A stretch of 64,000 nucleotides of DNA from Pseudomonadota bacterium (GTDB taxonomy: Bacteria; Pseudomonadota; Alphaproteobacteria; Micavibrionales; UBA2020): assembly GCA_043806835.1 (NCBI GenBank), contig JAZDGQ010000026.1, positions 3,804 through 67,803 on the forward strand. The letters run 5' to 3'. A program made the translations under genes and the position numbers. The notes beneath the pieces are model-generated. The model was not told the origin of the DNA. It was given only the letters and a program-made list of their open reading frames with translations, and ran no database searches. Shown here piece by piece: positions 45,681 through 55,119 of the stretch (the stretch's first letter is position 1; each line of letters starts with the position of its first letter).

Positions 45681-47244
45681 AATCAGGCGCGCGCTCATCA
45701 GCGTCAGCGACAAGTCGGGGCTGGCGGAACTGGCCGCGAAGCTGCACAGCCGTAAGGCGGAGATCATCTCCTCGGGCGGCACCGGAAAGTTTCTGCAGGA
45801 GAACGGCATCCCCTTCACGCCCATCGAGAAAGTCACCGGAAACCCGGAATGCTTCGGCGGGCGCATGAAAACGCTGAGCTTTCAGGTGTCCAGCGCCCTC
45901 CTGTTCCGGCGCGGGAACGCGGAAGACCTCAGGGAAGCGGAAAAGCTAGGCATCAGGCCGATTGACCTTGTCGTCTGCAACCTCTACCCCTTCGAGGACG
46001 TCGCCAAACGCCCCCACACGTGGGAGGAACTCATCGAGAACATCGATATCGGCGGCCCCACCATGATCCGCGCCGCCGCCAAGAACTACGAGTCCGTCGG
46101 CGTCGTGACAGACCCTTCCCTCTATGGCGCGGTCATCCGCGACCTGAACGAGACGGGCGGCAGCCTCCGCCCCGAAACGCTGCAAAAACTGGCTCTCGAA
46201 GCCTTCCGCCATACGGCGAGATACGACGCGATGATCGCCGCGAAAATGGAAGAGGAATGGAACGAGGAACTCAAAACGCTCATCCTCTCGCCCAAGGGAG
46301 CCTCTCCCCTCCGCTACGGCGAAAACCCGCACCAGAAATCATGGGTGTATCTCGATCCCTTCAACGCGGGAATCGCGGGAACGATCCCGCTGCAGGGCAA
46401 GGAGCTGTCCTACAACAACCTGCTCGATGCCGACACCGCCTGGCGTTGCTGCGGGGACGTCGCGTCGCTCCGCCTGAACGAATTTCCGGCGGCGGTCTCC
46501 ATCATCAAGCACTTAAGCCCCTGCGGCGTGGCGCTGGCGAAAACGCCTCTGGACGCATTGCAAACCGCCTGGGCCGGTGACCCCGTCAGCAGCTTTGGCG
46601 GCGTCGTCTGCTTCAACCAAGAGGTCGGCAAGGAAGTCGCCGCATGGCTCGACAATTATTTCGTGGAAGTCATCATCGCCCCCGGATTCTCTCCGGAGGC
46701 ATTGGAGATTTTCGCCGCCAAGAAAAACCTCCGCCTTCTCAGGGTCAACCCTTTTGACGGAACTTACAAGCCTCCCGTCGTGCGCTCCATTTCCGGCGGC
46801 TGGCTTTTGCAGCAGGAGGACACCGGCATCGACGCGGAATTCAAGCCCGCCACGAGCATGGGAATTCCCCCGGAAAAAAACGCGCTGGCGAAGTTCGGCG
46901 TCATGGCCTGCAAATACCTCAAAAGCAACGCCATCGGCATTTTCGAAGCCACGGCGAAAGGATTCAGCATGATCGGCGCGGGCATGGGAAACCCCAACCG
47001 CGTCGTCAGCATGCGCCAGGCCGTCGAGAAAGCGCGTGAAAACGGGCATAAAAACCTGTCCGAGTCCGTCCTCGTCTCCGACGCCTTCTTCCCGTTCCCC
47101 GACAATATCGGCATCGCGGACGAAGCCAAAATCCGCTACATCGTCCAGCCCGGCGGCAGCATCAAGGACAAGGACGTGATCCACGCCTGCGACGAAGCCG
47201 GCATCGCCATGACCTTCACCGGACGCCGGCATTTCAGGCATTAA
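45661..47244 (+). CDS. purH: bifunctional AICAR transformylase / IMP cyclohydrolase
   Basis: RALISVSDKSG MGS-like N-domain. 525-aa two-domain architecture. Confidence 0.95.
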   Translation: MKKNTPEIRRALISVSDKSGLAELAAKLHSRKAEIISSGGTGKFLQENGIPFTPIEKVTGNPECFGGRMKTLSFQVSSALLFRRGNAEDLREAEKLGIRPIDLVVCNLYPFEDVAKRPHTWEELIENIDIGGPTMIRAAAKNYESVGVVTDPSLYGAVIRDLNETGGSLRPETLQKLALEAFRHTARYDAMIAAKMEEEWNEELKTLILSPKGASPLRYGENPHQKSWVYLDPFNAGIAGTIPLQGKELSYNNLLDADTAWRCCGDVASLRLNEFPAAVSIIKHLSPCGVALAKTPLDALQTAWAGDPVSSFGGVVCFNQEVGKEVAAWLDNYFVEVIIAPGFSPEALEIFAAKKNLRLLRVNPFDGTYKPPVVRSISGGWLLQQEDTGIDAEFKPATSMGIPPEKNALAKFGVMACKYLKSNAIGIFEATAKGFSMIGAGMGNPNRVVSMRQAVEKARENGHKNLSESVLVSDAFFPFPDNIGIADEAKIRYIVQPGGSIKDKDVIHACDEAGIAMTFTGRRHFRH

Positions 47245-47259
47245 TTAAGGAGATTTTCC

Positions 47260-48264
47260 ATGCAAAAGAAACAGACCGTCACCTATAAGGACGCCGGAGT
47301 CGATATCGACAAGGGGGATGCCTTCGTCGAGCGCATCAGGGCAAAGGTGCAAAGCACTTATACCGACCGCGTCGTGTCGGGCGTCGGCGGGTTCGCCGCG
47401 CTGTATAAAATGGCGGGCGGGAAGCTCCTCGCCGCCGGGACGGACGGCGTCGGGACGAAAGTCAAGATCGCCCAGCTTCTCGACCGGCACGACACCATCG
47501 GCATCGACCTTGTCGCGATGTGCGTGAACGACATCCTCTGCACCGGCGCGAAACCGCTGTTCTTCCTCGACTACATCGCGACGGGAAAGCTGGAGCTGCG
47601 CGTGGCGGAAGGCATCATCAAGGGGATCGTGGAGGGATGCAAACAGTCCGAAGCCGCCCTGATCGGCGGGGAAACAGCGGAGATGCCGGGGCTCTACCAG
47701 ACCGGAGAATACGACCTCGCCGGATTCGCGGTGGGCGAAGTGGACGAAAAAGACGTCCTGACGGGCGACAAAGTCACAGAGGGCGACACGCTGATCGCGC
47801 TCGCCTCCTCCGGCATCCATTCCAACGGATTTTCGCTTGTCCGGAAGCTGGTGAAGGAGACGGAGAAAAAACTGCTCGCCGAATGCCTGACTCCCACGCT
47901 CATCTACTGGAAAGCCGTGAAGGACATCCTGCCCCTCATCAACGGCATGGCGCATATCACGGGCGGCGGGTTCGCCAATATCCCGCGCATGAACGAAAAA
48001 TTCGATTACATCATCGAGAATCTTCCCAAGCCTGACGACATCCCCTCCTCCCTCGCGGAAGTGGCCAAACGCTCCGGCCTCACGGGCGCGGGACTATACA
48101 CGACTTTCAACATGGGCGTGGGACTTGTGATTGCCACGAGGAACGCGGATAAAGTGACGGCGCACCTGAACAAGACCGGCCAGAAATTCTGGAAGATCGG
48201 GCATGCCGCAAAGGGGCAGGGCAAAGTCTCCGTCCGGTCGGGGAAGGACTGTTTCGATATTTGA
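47260..48264 (+). CDS. purM: AIR synthetase
   Basis: YKDAGVDIDKGD N-terminus and the DGVGTK motif. Confidence 0.95.
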   Translation: MQKKQTVTYKDAGVDIDKGDAFVERIRAKVQSTYTDRVVSGVGGFAALYKMAGGKLLAAGTDGVGTKVKIAQLLDRHDTIGIDLVAMCVNDILCTGAKPLFFLDYIATGKLELRVAEGIIKGIVEGCKQSEAALIGGETAEMPGLYQTGEYDLAGFAVGEVDEKDVLTGDKVTEGDTLIALASSGIHSNGFSLVRKLVKETEKKLLAECLTPTLIYWKAVKDILPLINGMAHITGGGFANIPRMNEKFDYIIENLPKPDDIPSSLAEVAKRSGLTGAGLYTTFNMGVGLVIATRNADKVTAHLNKTGQKFWKIGHAAKGQGKVSVRSGKDCFDI

Positions 48265-48288
48265 ACTTGCCAAGACCCTGCCTGTCGG

Positions 48289-49296
48289 TCAGGAAGCGGA
48301 TGTCGGCAATTTCATTCCCGGCGCGGGGCGCTCCAGGACGGCGTTGCGCCGGAAGCGGAACAGGGCTGCCGGCCTGCCCCCCGCCTGCGCCGATTTTTTC
48401 CCGGGAATTTCCTCGACCATGCCGGAGCTTTCGACGAGGCGGCGAAAGTTCTGCTTGTGCAGGACGCGGCCGGAGATGGCTTCCACCGTTTTCTGCAGGT
48501 GCAGCAGCGTGAATTCCCCGGGCAGGAGTTCGAACACCACGGGGCGGTATTTCAGCTTTCCGCGGAGGCGGCTCATGGCGGTGGCGAGGATGCGGCGGTG
48601 ATCGTAGAGCATGGAGCGTCCGGGCGCCGGCGCACAGTCCGTCCCGATCTTCTTGTCGCGGAGCGACTCGTAAACCAGCCGCGCCTCGTACAGCAGTTCA
48701 TAGCGATCCAGCACCTTTTCTTCGTCCCATCCGGAGCTTTCCACCCCGAAGCAGGACTCCACGAGCGCGCCGCGCCGGAGTTTTTCCTCCCGGGGATCGG
48801 CGGCCTGGATCCAGCGCTTCAGGGCCGGTTCCAGCGTGTCGCCGAGCATCTCCGGCTTGCCTTTTCTCCAGTCTTCCCACGGGAAATAACTGTACCAGTT
48901 CCCCCAGAACACTTTTTCGGAGGGCTCTATTTTTTCCTGATGCGTCAGCGCCAGATAGCCTATCGAGATCACCTCCGGTTCGTCCTGCTTCTGCCCGGCA
49001 TAGCGCCCCCGGCTGCCGAAAGTGTAGAGCTGTTCCACATATCCGGGCGCGAGGGGTGTCTGGTCCCTGACCCATCCGCGCAGACCCTGTTCCAGCGTCA
49101 GGTGCTTGTCAGGGTCGAAAGGGCCGAAGGGCAGGGCGTCGCCCTCCTCGTTCGTCGGCACGATCCCGGCGGACAGCGCATGTTCCGCGCCGCGCACGAT
49201 AAAAACCCCCGGCTCATGACGATCCACGGACACGATCACGGCCGAGAGGCCGATGATGACGCCTTTTTTTCCGGTCATCCGGGAGTCGGGGTCCAT
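48289..49296 (-). CDS. NrtR-like regulator (degenerate Nudix domain + C-terminal winged helix), unusually long
   Basis: YVEQLYTFGSRGR...VISIGYLAL (Nudix-like, box degenerate). YDHRRILATAMSRLRGKLKYRPVVFELLPGEFTLLHLQ...NFRRLV...GRPAALFRF (NrtR wHTH signature). Confidence 0.7.
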   Translation of the reverse strand: MDPDSRMTGKKGVIIGLSAVIVSVDRHEPGVFIVRGAEHALSAGIVPTNEEGDALPFGPFDPDKHLTLEQGLRGWVRDQTPLAPGYVEQLYTFGSRGRYAGQKQDEPEVISIGYLALTHQEKIEPSEKVFWGNWYSYFPWEDWRKGKPEMLGDTLEPALKRWIQAADPREEKLRRGALVESCFGVESSGWDEEKVLDRYELLYEARLVYESLRDKKIGTDCAPAPGRSMLYDHRRILATAMSRLRGKLKYRPVVFELLPGEFTLLHLQKTVEAISGRVLHKQNFRRLVESSGMVEEIPGKKSAQAGGRPAALFRFRRNAVLERPAPGMKLPTSAS

Positions 49297-49303
49297 TGGA
49301 CTT

Positions 49304-49993
49304 TCATTCGTACTCTTTGAGCTTCTGCAGAGCTTCGTTCAGTTCATCGAGGGCGACGGTGGTGCCGGTTTTCTCCTCCTCGATAAAGGTCTCCGAAAGC
49401 CCCATCTGCCGGTAGATATCGTCCGGAACCATTTTTTTTGCCCGTAGGCCGTCGGCAAAGGGAGCCAGTTCCCCATACGCCTTGCGCGCCATTTCCGCGC
49501 GGGCTTCCGGGGAAAGCCGTTCGTCCTCGACCTGCGGCAGCAATTTTCTGATTTTCTCCCCGATCATGTACACCATTGGCAGCTTGCCCTTGATGCGGGC
49601 GCGAGGGCCTGCGAGCAGCGCCGTCGTTTTTTCGGAGAGGGGCTCCGGTTTTTTCAGGGCGTCCGGTAGCAGGTCTCCGTCCCGATCCTGACCATAAACC
49701 TGCGCCAGCGCCTTGAGGTCGTCGGAGGATCTCGGGGCCACCTGGGGAGCGTCCCCCGGGGTCCTGGTCATCTGAGGGGGCTGTTTTTGCTGCGCGGAGG
49801 AGGTTCCGGAGCGTCCGGGGATCAGGCCGGAATATCCGGGAGGCTCCTCCTGATCGCGCGGAGCATTGCCGGATTCGGGAGCCGGAGCCACCAATCCCTC
49901 ATACCCGGAATCTTTCGCATGGACAGGAGAAGCCTCCGCCAGGCTCCAGAGCAATACAGCAACAACCAGGCCGAACGGGATAATTTTCACCAC
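49304..49993 (-). CDS. hypothetical secreted protein (Pro/Gly-rich N-half, helical C-half)
   Basis: GGGAGAGGA RBS, GTG start, signal peptide FGLVVAVLLWSLAEASPVHA|KD. It lies 7 nt upstream of the NrtR-like gene. Confidence 0.6.
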   Translation of the reverse strand: MVKIIPFGLVVAVLLWSLAEASPVHAKDSGYEGLVAPAPESGNAPRDQEEPPGYSGLIPGRSGTSSAQQKQPPQMTRTPGDAPQVAPRSSDDLKALAQVYGQDRDGDLLPDALKKPEPLSEKTTALLAGPRARIKGKLPMVYMIGEKIRKLLPQVEDERLSPEARAEMARKAYGELAPFADGLRAKKMVPDDIYRQMGLSETFIEEEKTGTTVALDELNEALQKLKEYE

Positions 49994-50383
49994 ATCCTCT
50001 CCCTCGGGGCATCCCCCGAAAAACTGATTATTCCCCTCTCAAGTCCCTTCCTGTACAATACCATGAAACATTCTGTGTGTATTCGGCGTGTTCGAGGATC
50101 CGCTGAAATTTTATTGGAAGATTTCGTATAATGTCAACGGCGCCGGGCCAAGCGCCGATCCGGGAATTTCCGATCACTCGATCATCGAAAAAACCGTCGC
50201 CGGTGAAGGCGCCGGAGTCCTGCCTGAAGCAGAGTTTGAAATACAATCCCGCCCGGTCTCAGGAAGGTTTATGTATAGCAAATTTTTGGGAGTTTTCTTG
50301 ACGAAAAAGGGTTGCGCCCGGTATTGAAATACTCTACGTTCCGAGTCGAAGTGGTTTCGTTTAAATAACTCAAGATTAGAAAC

Positions 50384-51508
50384 ATGTCAGAAGATCCTGG
50401 TTTTGTACGTATCGAGAATGCAGACTTCACGAAGCTGTTGGCACTCCTGAAAAGGCGCGGTTATGCCTTGATGGGGCCTGTTGTGCGCGATGGTGTTATC
50501 ATGTGTGATAGCATTGAAGCGGCGGAAGATCTCCCCGTCGGCTGGCGCGATGAGCAGGATGCCGGGACATACCGTCTCAAGCGTCGCGATGACAAGGCGT
50601 TGTTCGGCTATAACGTCGGCCCGCATTCGTGGAAGAAATTCCTTTTCCCCCCGAGGGAGACGTTGTGGCAGGCGCAAAAGACGGGCGGCAGCCTCAAGGT
50701 GGAAAGAAAGCCGGAGGAAGCGCCTCGCTATGCGTTCATCGGTGTGCGTGCCTGCGAGATCAATGCCATCCAGATTCAGGACAAGGTGTTCCTGAAGGGT
50801 TCATATCCGAACCCCCTCTATCGGGCGCGCAGGGACAATGCGTTTATCGTCGCCGTCAACTGCGGTCAGGCCGCCGGGACCTGTTTCTGTTCGTCTATGA
50901 GCACGGGACCGGAAGTGAAGGGCGGTTATGACATCGCTCTTACGGAAGTCCTCGATGCGGGCGGGCATTATTTCGTCGCCAGGTCTGGCTCGGAAAAGGG
51001 GAAGGCCGTGCTGGCGGAAGTGCCCGGCAAGCCTGCCTCCGAAAAAGACACGGCGGCGGCGGCGGCTTGCGTCCGGAAGGCCGAAAAAGAAATGGGACGC
51101 AAGCTGGATACGACGAACCTCAAGGATCTGCTCTACCGTAACTACGACAACAAGCGGTGGGAGGCCGTGGCCGGGCGCTGCCTGTCCTGCGCCAACTGCA
51201 CCATGGTGTGCCCGACCTGCTTCTGTTCGACTGTCGAGGATGCGACGGATCTGACCGGCGCTCAGGCCGGGCGGCAACAGCTTTGGGATTCATGCTTCAC
51301 GATGGATTTTACCAAGCTTCATGACATCTCTGTCAGGAGTTCCGCGAAGTCGCGCTATCGCCAGTGGATGACGCACAAGCTGGCGGCCTGGATTGACCAG
51401 TTCGGCACGCCTGGCTGTGTCGGCTGCGGACGCTGCATTGCCTGGTGTCCCGTGGGAATTGATATTACTGAAGAAGCAAAAGCTATCCGTGATAGCGAGG
51501 AGAAGTAG
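50384..51508 (+). CDS. hydB: group 3b [NiFe] hydrogenase beta subunit (4Fe-4S, AsrA/HydB-like)
   Basis: Ferredoxin-type motifs [14 protein letters not shown] and [14 protein letters not shown]. First gene of a 4-gene coupled set. Confidence 0.8.
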   Translation: MSEDPGFVRIENADFTKLLALLKRRGYALMGPVVRDGVIMCDSIEAAEDLPVGWRDEQDAGTYRLKRRDDKALFGYNVGPHSWKKFLFPPRETLWQAQKTGGSLKVERKPEEAPRYAFIGVRACEINAIQIQDKVFLKGSYPNPLYRARRDNAFIVAVNCGQAAGTCFCSSMSTGPEVKGGYDIALTEVLDAGGHYFVARSGSEKGKAVLAEVPGKPASEKDTAAAAACVRKAEKEMGRKLDTTNLKDLLYRNYDNKRWEAVAGRCLSCANCTMVCPTCFCSTVEDATDLTGAQAGRQQLWDSCFTMDFTKLHDISVRSSAKSRYRQWMTHKLAAWIDQFGTPGCVGCGRCIAWCPVGIDITEEAKAIRDSEEK

Positions 51509-51509
51509 G

Positions 51510-52352
51510 ATGCCTGAACAACAGTTTTCAGCCGCAGACCTGATGATGCCTCTGTCCTTCCGCGTTGAGGAGAAACGCATCGAAAGCTCCGGTTGCTCGG
51601 TTCTGACGATAAAGCCTTCCGCGGGAAAAGGCCTGGAGGCTTTCAAGCCGGGGCAGTTTTACATGCTCTACGTCTTTGGGCACGGTGAGGTGCCGATTTC
51701 GATAAACGGAGATCCCGCGCGCCAGGACAGTCTTGTTTTCACCATCAAGAATGTCGGCAGCGTCACCGCTGCTCTTTGCGCGATGGAAAAGGGCGATATT
51801 CTGGGCGTTCGGGGGCCTTTTGGCACCGCATGGCCTCTGGAAAAATTAGAGGGTGATGATGTTGTTATCATGGCGGGCGGCCTCGGCTGTGTGCCGCTGC
51901 GTCCGGTCATCCGTCATGTGATAGACAACAAGAGTAAATATGGTAAAGTGACCCTGCTTTACGGCATGCGCAGGCCGGAAGAGCTTCTTTTCTCCGACGA
52001 GATGAAGGAATGGGAGAAGCATATGCACGTCAGGTTTTCGGCGGACTCCGCCGGGCCGGGCTGGCAGGGGGTCGTCGGACTGGTGACGGAGCTTGTGAAG
52101 ACCCTTGAGGTTCGTCCTGAAAAAACGTCAGCATTGGTTTGCGGGCCGGAAAATATGATGCGGTTTTCGGCGGAAGCCCTGGTGGGGAAGGGATTGCAGT
52201 CTTCGCGGGTCTATGTTTCCTTGGAACGCAACATGAAGTGCGGCATCGGACGCTGCGGGCGCTGTCAGTACGGGCCTCATTTCATGTGCAAGGATGGACC
52301 GGTTTTCCCCTTCGACCGTGTTCAGCATCTTCTGAAGATCAAGGAGGTCTGA
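51510..52352 (+). CDS. hydG: group 3b hydrogenase gamma subunit (FAD/NAD(P)-binding, 2Fe-2S)
   Basis: [31 protein letters not shown], and the C-terminal [10 protein letters not shown]. The ORF-track start at 51393 is upstream read-through. Confidence 0.8.
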   Translation: MPEQQFSAADLMMPLSFRVEEKRIESSGCSVLTIKPSAGKGLEAFKPGQFYMLYVFGHGEVPISINGDPARQDSLVFTIKNVGSVTAALCAMEKGDILGVRGPFGTAWPLEKLEGDDVVIMAGGLGCVPLRPVIRHVIDNKSKYGKVTLLYGMRRPEELLFSDEMKEWEKHMHVRFSADSAGPGWQGVVGLVTELVKTLEVRPEKTSALVCGPENMMRFSAEALVGKGLQSSRVYVSLERNMKCGIGRCGRCQYGPHFMCKDGPVFPFDRVQHLLKIKEV

Positions 52353-53118
<766 letters not shown>

Positions 53119-53126
<8 letters not shown>

Positions 53127-54417
53127 AAAAACAAGGACGATCAAGGTAGACTATCTCGCCCGCGTCGAGGGCGAAGGTGCGATGTACCTCAAAATAGAAG
53201 ACGGAAAGCTGAAGGACGTGCAGCTTAAGATCTTTGAGCCGCCGCGCTTCTTCGAGGGTTTTCTGCAGGGCAGATCTCATACGGAGGTTCCTGATATCAC
53301 GGCGCGTATCTGCGGCATTTGCCCTGTCGCCTATCAGATGAGTTCAGTTTTGGCGATGGAAGACGCCATGGGCATCAAGGTGGAAGGTCCTTTGCGCGAT
53401 CTGCGCCGGCTTATGTACTGCGGCGAGTGGATAGCGAGCCATGCGCTCCACATATACATGCTTCATGCGCCGGACTTTCTCGGCTATGAGAGCGCCATCC
53501 ATCTGGCGGCGGATCATCCCGCCGAGGTGCTGCGCGGCCTGGAGATCAAGAAGACGGGCGGGAAGGTTCAGAGCCTTCTGGGCGGCCGCAATATCCATCC
53601 GATCAGCGTTCGCGTCGGCGGGTTCCACAAAGTTCCTTCCAAAAAAGAGCTGCTGACTCTTAAGGAGCCGCTTGAAAAAGCTCGTGAGGCTTCACTGGAA
53701 ACAGTGCGCTGGGTAGCGACTCTCGATTTCCCCGAGTTCGAGCAGGATTATACTTTTGTCGCCCTTCGCCATCCGGACGAGTATGCTATAAACGAAGGTG
53801 ATATCGTTTCCAGCGACGGTCAGGAGATGACGGCGGGGAAGTTCGAGCAATATATTGAAGAGCATCATGCCAAGCATACCAATGCCCTGCAGTGTGTTGT
53901 CAGGAAGACCCAGAAACCTTACCATGTCGGGCCATTGGCGCGTTACGCCCTGAATTTCGACAAGCTGCCTCCTCATATACAGGCGCTCGCCAAAGAGGTC
54001 GGGCTTGGAAAGTCGTGCTCCAATCCTTTCAAGAGCATTATCGTGCGCGCTATCGAGCTTTTGTACGCCTGCGAAGAGGCGCTCCGCATCATCGACAACT
54101 ATGTGGAGCCTGAAAAAGCTTTTGTGGATTACAAGGTGAAGGCCGCGACGGGATGCGGCGCGACGGAAGCGCCGCGCGGGTTGCTTTTCCACCGTTATAC
54201 GGTGAATGAAAAGGGCGACATCGAAAAAGCCAACATCATTCCACCGACCGCCCAGAATCAGAAGATGATCGAGGATGACTTGTGGAAGTTTGTGCAGAAA
54301 TATATAGATTTGCCGGACGACAAGCTGCAATGGCAGGCCGAACATGCGATTCGCAACTATGATCCGTGCATCTCGTGTTCCGTACACTTCCTGAAGCTGA
54401 CAGTGGACAGGGTGTGA
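53119..54417 (+). CDS. hydA: group 3b [NiFe] hydrogenase large (alpha) subunit
   Basis: N-terminal ligand motif [10 protein letters not shown] and C-terminal [17 protein letters not shown] overlap with the small subunit. Confidence 0.9.
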
Positions 54418-54863
54418 GTTCGGAAGGCTTGCTTGTCATCGGCATCGGAAATCGTGATCGTGGCGATGACGCTGTGGGTTGTATCATCGCGGAGAGGCTG
54501 AAAGTCCGCTTCGAAACGATGGAACATGACGGTGAGCCTGCCTCGCTGATGGAAGCGTGGGATGGCCGGGGTTCTGTAATTCTTGTCGATGCTGTGTCTT
54601 CCGGAGAAAAGCCGGGAACCCTTTTTTATTTTGATCTGCAAAAACAGAAACTGCCTGAAGTTTTCGGGCACTCCTCCACGCATGCTTTTGGCGTGGCTGA
54701 GGCTGTCGAGCTGGCGCGGGTTCTCGGCAGATTGCCGCCGCACGTCCTTTTTTTCGGCGTCGAGGGAAAAAACTTTTCCGTTGGCGAGGATATGTCAGAG
54801 GAGGTATCCGCCGTTCTGGAAGACATTCAGAGGCGCATTATTAAGGAGATGGAACATGCATGA
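54414..54863 (+). CDS. hydrogenase maturation endopeptidase (HyaD/HoxW family)
   Basis: [17 protein letters not shown]...VDAV...STHAFG. GTG 54414 overlaps the large-subunit stop. Confidence 0.8.
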   Translation: MSSEGLLVIGIGNRDRGDDAVGCIIAERLKVRFETMEHDGEPASLMEAWDGRGSVILVDAVSSGEKPGTLFYFDLQKQKLPEVFGHSSTHAFGVAEAVELARVLGRLPPHVLFFGVEGKNFSVGEDMSEEVSAVLEDIQRRIIKEMEHA

Positions 54864-55119
54864 ATTTTCGTTGATGAAAGATCTGCTGGAGAAAATCGAG
54901 AAAATAGCCGGTGATTCCGGCAGCAGCAGGGTTGTCGCCGTGAAAGTGAAACTGGGCGCCCTGTCCGACATCACGCCGGAGCATTTTGGCGAGCATTTCG
55001 AGGAAGCGGTTCTCGGCACCGTCGCCGAAGGCGCGCGTCTCGACGTTGAGCAGATGACGGATGTCAGCAGCCCCACCGCGCAGGACATCCTGCTGGATAG
55101 TGTCGAAGTCGCGGCATAG
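54856..55119 (+). CDS. hypA: HypA-like nickel insertion protein lacking the zinc-finger domain (87 aa)
   Basis: MHEFSL N-terminal Ni motif. VVAVKVKLGALSDITPEHF...AEGARLDVEQ. No cysteine anywhere in the protein. Confidence 0.7.
   Translation: MHEFSLMKDLLEKIEKIAGDSGSSRVVAVKVKLGALSDITPEHFGEHFEEAVLGTVAEGARLDVEQMTDVSSPTAQDILLDSVEVAA

Noticed and set aside
49994-50383. Small ORFs (50028-50246, 50088-50327) and a TTGACG-18-TATTGA promoter-like pair upstream of the hydrogenase operon
   Set aside because: The ORFs lack RBS and motifs. The promoter match is weak (18-nt spacer, poor -10). I noted it only as a likely regulatory region.
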